Of a stretch of DNA of 61,282 bases, positions 57,151 through 61,282 are shown piece by piece (position 1 is the first letter of the stretch; every line of letters starts with the position of its first letter). Origin of the DNA: Bacteroidia bacterium (GTDB lineage: Bacteria > Bacteroidota > Bacteroidia > AKYH767-A > OLB10). The stretch lies in the NCBI GenBank assembly GCA_044448905.1, contig JBIOHJ010000001.1, positions 1-61,282 of the forward strand, written 5' to 3'. The position numbers and the translations under genes were made by a program. The notes beneath the pieces are model-generated. The model was not told where the DNA came from. It ran no database searches and saw nothing but the letters and a program-made list of their open reading frames with translations.

Positions 57151-59211
57151 ATGGGTTTCAGAAAATCAAATCAACAGGGCAAACCGGGAGTGAAATTTCT
57201 TTTAAGAATTCGCCAGAGAACTGCAATCAGGTTAGTAACGGCAACTTTAGGCTTTGCGGGATTATTAACCGTTTCAATTTTTGTATCAATCTATTTCGGG
57301 CCCAACAAAAAAGCTTTTGCAACAACTAATGAAACGTTGAGCACGGGTTCGTTTATTATTAATATGGGCATTACTCCTCAAACCTATGCGAACGGAATGA
57401 AGCCGTACGGAATGATTTACGATCTTATCATAAAATATACCGTCCCGATAAAATGGGTTATTGAACCGACTAAAGCTAAAGACGGAACTGATTTTACTTA
57501 CAACGGAACCAATTATAAAGGAGGCCCTTTTATTATACAGGCTGAATTTATTACTTCCACAGTGGCTTCGCGCATCTCGTATTGGCAAACTCAAGGGGTA
57601 CAGGGAGTATATACAACGGATGCCATAACCGTCCCCGTTTATACAACGCTTACGAGCTTTCCGAATCTTATGATTGATTCGTTATCGTCAAATCAAAATA
57701 TTGCTGTTACTTATTTCAATAATGCAGGCATCCCCCCGAGCGCATATGGAATTGGCAAGCCCGCGAGCTTAAACGCATGTCATGATGTGTGGGTAAATCC
57801 TCATGGCGATCCACGATGGGCCGATTACTCTTACCTGTATAATTTCGTTACGGTTCAAAAATCGTATATCTGGCTGCAATGCCATTCGGGAAGTGTTATG
57901 GAAGGCTGTTATAATTACCTTCTGCCAACCCAGCAATTAAATTATTTATCTACTAAAGGGCTAAAGTGCTGGAAAGGCGGGGGCGGTTTCAATTGCGATG
58001 CTTTAATTACCGAATCGCATGCAACGTCATCGACCGCGCCTTATACTTATTATTATCCCTCAGATCCCATCATGCAATTTATGGGTAACATGTCGAACCC
58101 AACGCAGCATGGTTCGGAACAATGGTACCAACCCATGTCGACCGGGGCATGGAGGGGAACTACCAAGAGGCTGGTAACTACCGCTACAGGCGCATCGCCT
58201 AATGAAGGCGTGCTGATGGCTTACGGCCCCGGTTATGGTACTGCCGGAAACGGGCTGGTTATGTACACGGCAGGGCATGATTTGAATTCGGGTGGCGGAA
58301 CAGTTTCGGACTGGGTTGCCGCACAACGTTCGTTTTTGAACTATTGCTGGATTGCCGGGCAGGCAAAGGTGCCATTATTTGTTTCTTACTCCATACCGGT
58401 AACGTTTGTGGGTTTGCGAAGACAAGCGGTTTCGGCAACGGTATCGAGCGGCACACCACCTTATACTTACCTGTGGACTTCGACAATAGGTGGCGAATTT
58501 GTGGATCCAACGGCTGCATCAACCTATTTTATTCCTCCCAATCCTGACCCGGGCCCCATATCGGGAGTGCTGCAATGCATTGTTACGGACGCATGCGGAC
58601 GAAGAAATTTTATTTCTCAATTTATATCAATTACTAACAGCCCATTACCCGTAACCCTCAGCTCGTTTGAAGCTAAAGCGCAAAATAATAAATCGGTATT
58701 GCTTAGCTGGACAACTGTTGCCGAAGTGAACAATGATTATTTTACGATTGAACGTTCGGCTGACGGAAAGCATTTTACAGAGTTGACCCGCGTGGATGGC
58801 GTTGGCAACAGCACGGTTTTGCATAAGTATTCGTACACAGATAATTCGCCTTACAGCGGAAAATCTTTTTACCGCTTAATGCAAACCGATTTTGACGGTA
58901 CATGTGTATTATTTAAAATTGTTCCGGTAACGATTAAAGCAAATGACGAAACCAAAAGCACTGTAACGGTTTCGCCCAACCCGTTTAGTGATGAGTTTAC
59001 AGCTCAGTTTGAATGTTCCGAAAAGGAAGAAGTTACTATTAACCTGATCACGGCTAACGGGATAACAGCTTTTTCGGATAAAATAATTGCCGCTGAAGGA
59101 AATAACCTGTACCGGTTTAACGCGGCAGGTAAAATTCAACCCGGCACTTATCTTTTGAAAATAGGCAACAGCAGTACTGTTTTTGCAACCAAGAAGGTTA
59201 TTTGCCGGTAG
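57151..59211 (+). CDS. large secreted hypothetical protein with T9SS C-terminal domain
   Basis: 686 aa. N-terminal hydrophobic anchor, Ig/fn3-like module (LSWTT...YFTIERSADG...YRL). C-terminal VSPNPFSDEF...GTYLLKI sorting domain. Confidence 0.7.
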   Translation: MGFRKSNQQGKPGVKFLLRIRQRTAIRLVTATLGFAGLLTVSIFVSIYFGPNKKAFATTNETLSTGSFIINMGITPQTYANGMKPYGMIYDLIIKYTVPIKWVIEPTKAKDGTDFTYNGTNYKGGPFIIQAEFITSTVASRISYWQTQGVQGVYTTDAITVPVYTTLTSFPNLMIDSLSSNQNIAVTYFNNAGIPPSAYGIGKPASLNACHDVWVNPHGDPRWADYSYLYNFVTVQKSYIWLQCHSGSVMEGCYNYLLPTQQLNYLSTKGLKCWKGGGGFNCDALITESHATSSTAPYTYYYPSDPIMQFMGNMSNPTQHGSEQWYQPMSTGAWRGTTKRLVTTATGASPNEGVLMAYGPGYGTAGNGLVMYTAGHDLNSGGGTVSDWVAAQRSFLNYCWIAGQAKVPLFVSYSIPVTFVGLRRQAVSATVSSGTPPYTYLWTSTIGGEFVDPTAASTYFIPPNPDPGPISGVLQCIVTDACGRRNFISQFISITNSPLPVTLSSFEAKAQNNKSVLLSWTTVAEVNNDYFTIERSADGKHFTELTRVDGVGNSTVLHKYSYTDNSPYSGKSFYRLMQTDFDGTCVLFKIVPVTIKANDETKSTVTVSPNPFSDEFTAQFECSEKEEVTINLITANGITAFSDKIIAAEGNNLYRFNAAGKIQPGTYLLKIGNSSTVFATKKVICR

Positions 59212-59288
59212 TAGTTATTTCACCTGACGGGGGCTCCCGAAAAAAACGGGACAGGTGCGCGACCCGCCAAGAGAAATGAAAAGTTGAA

Positions 59289-59336
59289 CGCAGAGACGCA
59301 AAGACGCAGAGGAATTATGAATTATGAATTATGAAT
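59289..59336. repeat. short tandem repeats: 8-mer GCAGAGAC-like x3, then heptamer ATTATGA x3
   Basis: CGCAGAGACGCAAAGACGCAGAGG followed by AATTATGAATTATGAATTATGAAT. The 8-mer also occurs inverted at 10553-10572. Confidence 0.9.
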
Positions 59337-59367
59337 GCAGGGTTCACGCAGAGTGCGCAGAGGTAAC

Positions 59368-59407
59368 AAAAAAAACAACCTGACGGGGGCTGCGCGACCC
59401 GTCAGGT
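59368..59407 (-). terminator. rho-independent terminator for gene 59436-60383
   Basis: ACCTGACGGG-10 nt-CCCGTCAGGT, a perfect 10-bp stem. On the - strand it is followed by TGTTTTTTTT. Lies 29 nt after the stop. Confidence 0.75.
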
Positions 59408-59435
59408 GAAATGACCGCCAGGTTAATTCAAGGGG

Positions 59436-60383
59436 TTACACTTCTTCGCCATCATTTTCTTCTTCGGCACCTCCGCCAGCCGGGGCTCCTTCTTTTAACA
59501 TGGCAATGGTAAGCTTGGTAGTTTCACCGCTTATGACATTAAAATTTTGCATTGCCGGCTGGTAACCCGGCAGGTTTGTGGTAAGCGAGTGCGCGCCTTC
59601 GGTAAGATTTTGTACAAAGCTGTTGCCCAGCCCGGAGCTGCGCCTGTTAATGCTGCCGTCAACTTTAATTTTTATATGCGCAACGGGCTTGCCGGTTGTT
59701 TGGTCAACAAATTTTGCCTGCAGCGCGCGTTTCTGGGTGGGGCTGTTAACAATAACGCGCGCGTTAAAATATTGCGTATAAAAATCGGGGTTGGTGATGC
59801 GAAACAGCTCCATGCCGCCATCAATTTGTTCCTCGAGAAGCGTAGTGGTTTGGTCAAACAGGGGTCGAAGCTGCTCGGTGGCTGCGCTGGTTTCGCTCAC
59901 TGCTGCGCGCGGCTTGCCAATGTATGCTGCATAATCAGTAATGGCTGTACCCAATGCCGTAGTCATGGGTCCCGTTAACCCGAAAGGCAAAACCGCAACT
60001 GCATTGGCAACAGCCGCTTCATGAACCTGTACAGCCATGCCCGATAATTCGTTATCGCGCGCCTTTGTAAGTTCGGTGCGTGTAAAATTTACTATTTGAA
60101 GCAGCTCGCGGTTGTTAACCTGTGAAGCATAAAATCCAATAATTTTTGCTGCGGCAAAAGTTTGCTCTTCCAAACTCTGTCTTTTATTTTGCTTATCCTC
60201 TGCAACACCTGTTTTGTCTGCGTCCTGTATGTCACGCAGGTCTGCAATGGCATCTATATTTGTTTCAAAGGTGTTAACGGCTGCAGTAAACGGTACATTG
60301 GCTGTCCATACAGCATTGTGAGTTTGCAACACATCATCGGTTGCCTGGTACATGTTAAGGATGTCTTCCTGGGTTTTGTTCAT
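59436..60383 (-). CDS. hypothetical protein: helical N-terminal region plus C-terminal carboxypeptidase-regulatory-like beta-sandwich and acidic tail
   Basis: 315 aa, no signal peptide. C-terminal HIKIKVDG...LTEGAHSLTTNLPGYQP...ISGETTKLTIAM resembles CarboxypepD_reg folds. Confidence 0.6.
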   Translation of the reverse strand: MNKTQEDILNMYQATDDVLQTHNAVWTANVPFTAAVNTFETNIDAIADLRDIQDADKTGVAEDKQNKRQSLEEQTFAAAKIIGFYASQVNNRELLQIVNFTRTELTKARDNELSGMAVQVHEAAVANAVAVLPFGLTGPMTTALGTAITDYAAYIGKPRAAVSETSAATEQLRPLFDQTTTLLEEQIDGGMELFRITNPDFYTQYFNARVIVNSPTQKRALQAKFVDQTTGKPVAHIKIKVDGSINRRSSGLGNSFVQNLTEGAHSLTTNLPGYQPAMQNFNVISGETTKLTIAMLKEGAPAGGGAEEENDGEEV

Positions 60384-60445
60384 GATAGTTTAATTTTTAA
60401 GGTTTGAAATATATTTTATTGAAATTGATTTAACAGATGAATGAA

Positions 60446-60690
60446 TTGCTTAACCCGATGATGCGATTGCTTAACCCGATGATGCGATTGCTTAACCCGA
60501 TGACGCGATTGCTTAACCCGATGATACGATTGCTTAACCCGATGTCGCGATTGCTTAACCCGATGACGCGATTGCTTAACCCGATGACGCGATTGCTTAA
60601 CCCGATGACGCGATTGCTTAACCCGATGATGCGATTGCTTAACCCGATGACGCGATTGCTTTAACCGATGACATCATTGCTTAAAATCAA
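60446..60690 (+). repeat. 21-bp tandem repeat TTGCTTAACCCGATGNNNCGA, 10 near-perfect plus 2 degenerate units
   Basis: Unit starts run from 60446 to 60677 in exact steps of 21. Among the 10 good units only positions 16-18 vary (ATG x3, ACG x5, ATA, TCG). Enclosed by ATG-ORF 60437-60664 (LLNPMxR x10). Confidence 0.95.
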
Positions 60691-60784
60691 CAGCCCCATC
60701 CATTTCATCAAAGAACAGGCAGCAAATATAAATTGACAGTAAGGGCAGAAAAGGGCAAAAAGTAACCCAAATGAAAAAGCCGGG

Positions 60785-61030
60785 TTATTTATTTTTAATG
60801 CCTAAACATACCCGCTTTATTTTTTTAATCCCGCTATGGCTGTAACCCGACTGCGAATTAATGTCTTTGTATTTTAAATTCTCACCAATTCCTTTTTCGG
60901 CTTGCTGCAAATTGTGCTCATGCAAAAGCGAACTCCAGGTAAAACGCTCATCACCATAATAGAATTCAAATTCGCGCACCGTTTCAATGGGAACATGCTG
61001 TAAAATGTGGTTTAGCTTATGACGGTTCAT
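60785..61030 (-). CDS. small hypothetical protein
   Basis: ORF 60785-61093. Internal ATG at 61030 (MNRHKLNHIL...) preferred. No recognisable motif. Confidence 0.3.
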   Translation of the reverse strand: MNRHKLNHILQHVPIETVREFEFYYGDERFTWSSLLHEHNLQQAEKGIGENLKYKDINSQSGYSHSGIKKIKRVCLGIKNK

Positions 61031-61131
61031 GACTCCAACCAAAACAGTATGTAAATATAAAAAAAAGTGAAAAGGAAAAAGTTCGCCTGACAAAATAGGA
61101 TTATAAGGAGGTTGCTTAAACTAAAGGTTGA

Positions 61132-61219
61132 AGGTAGGGAATTCCGCACATGCAGGTAGGGATAATTTTTTTAATGTGAGAAAAATGAATACTTTAGCTT
61201 TTTATTAGGTAGGGATAAT
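61132..61219 (+). repeat. three direct copies of AGGTAGGGA(T/A)AAT
   Basis: Copies at 61132, 61154 and 61207. The last two are identical 13-mers. Confidence 0.7.
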
Positions 61220-61282
61220 ATAATGTTATGCGCCATTCGTGGCTACACAGCGACTTCAAACGGAGTTGCAAGGAAGAAGAAC

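Noticed and set aside
60446-60690. Plasmid or phage iteron-type replication origin for the 21-bp array
   Set aside because: No rep, par, integrase or phage genes, no obvious DnaA boxes and no AT-rich unwinding element are adjacent, and the flanking genes look chromosomal. This cannot be fully excluded without comparative data.
1-61282. A recognisable anti-phage defence system, toxin-antitoxin pair, prophage or secondary-metabolite cluster
   Set aside because: No nuclease, helicase, methylase/restriction, reverse-transcriptase, Cas, capsid/terminase or core biosynthetic signatures were seen in any ORF translation. The hypothetical proteins are isolated, not in multi-gene islands.

Overview
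AT-rich chromosomal segment that looks like Bacteroidota: four ORFs end in T9SS-type C-terminal sorting domains, several genes have TAnnTTTG -7 promoter boxes close to their starts, and there are many lipoproteins. All calls come from reading ORF translations and the DNA by eye; no database search was run. About 50 protein genes and one tRNA are supported. Housekeeping genes include hflX, ispG, rbfA, hemW, nrdA/nrdB, tatC, methylmalonyl-CoA epimerase and 3-hydroxyanthranilate dioxygenase. There are four two-component loci, a metal ABC uptake cluster, an amidohydrolase pair and several secreted or T9SS proteins. I see no CRISPR array, cas gene, transposase, integrase, reverse transcriptase or recognisable defence system. 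The unusual content is non-coding or repeat-based. (1) Two unrelated hypothetical genes (3715-4401 and 59436-60383, both on the - strand) each have a precise tandem array starting about 50 bp from their start codon, on the divergent strand. One is a 42-bp hairpin repeat x6 with compensatory stem changes. The other is a 21-bp repeat x10 whose only variable positions form a single codon-sized triplet. (2) Twenty-one heptamer repeats abut the tatC start codon. (3) A diverged second copy of the 3' end of the dioxygenase gene lies on the far side of a single-gene insertion. (4) A hybrid histidine kinase is split from its receiver by a 1-nt frame break. (5) 18-nt direct repeats flank a PAP2/haloperoxidase gene. 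(6) GC-rich palindromic elements occur, one of them embedded in-frame in a metal-binding-protein gene.
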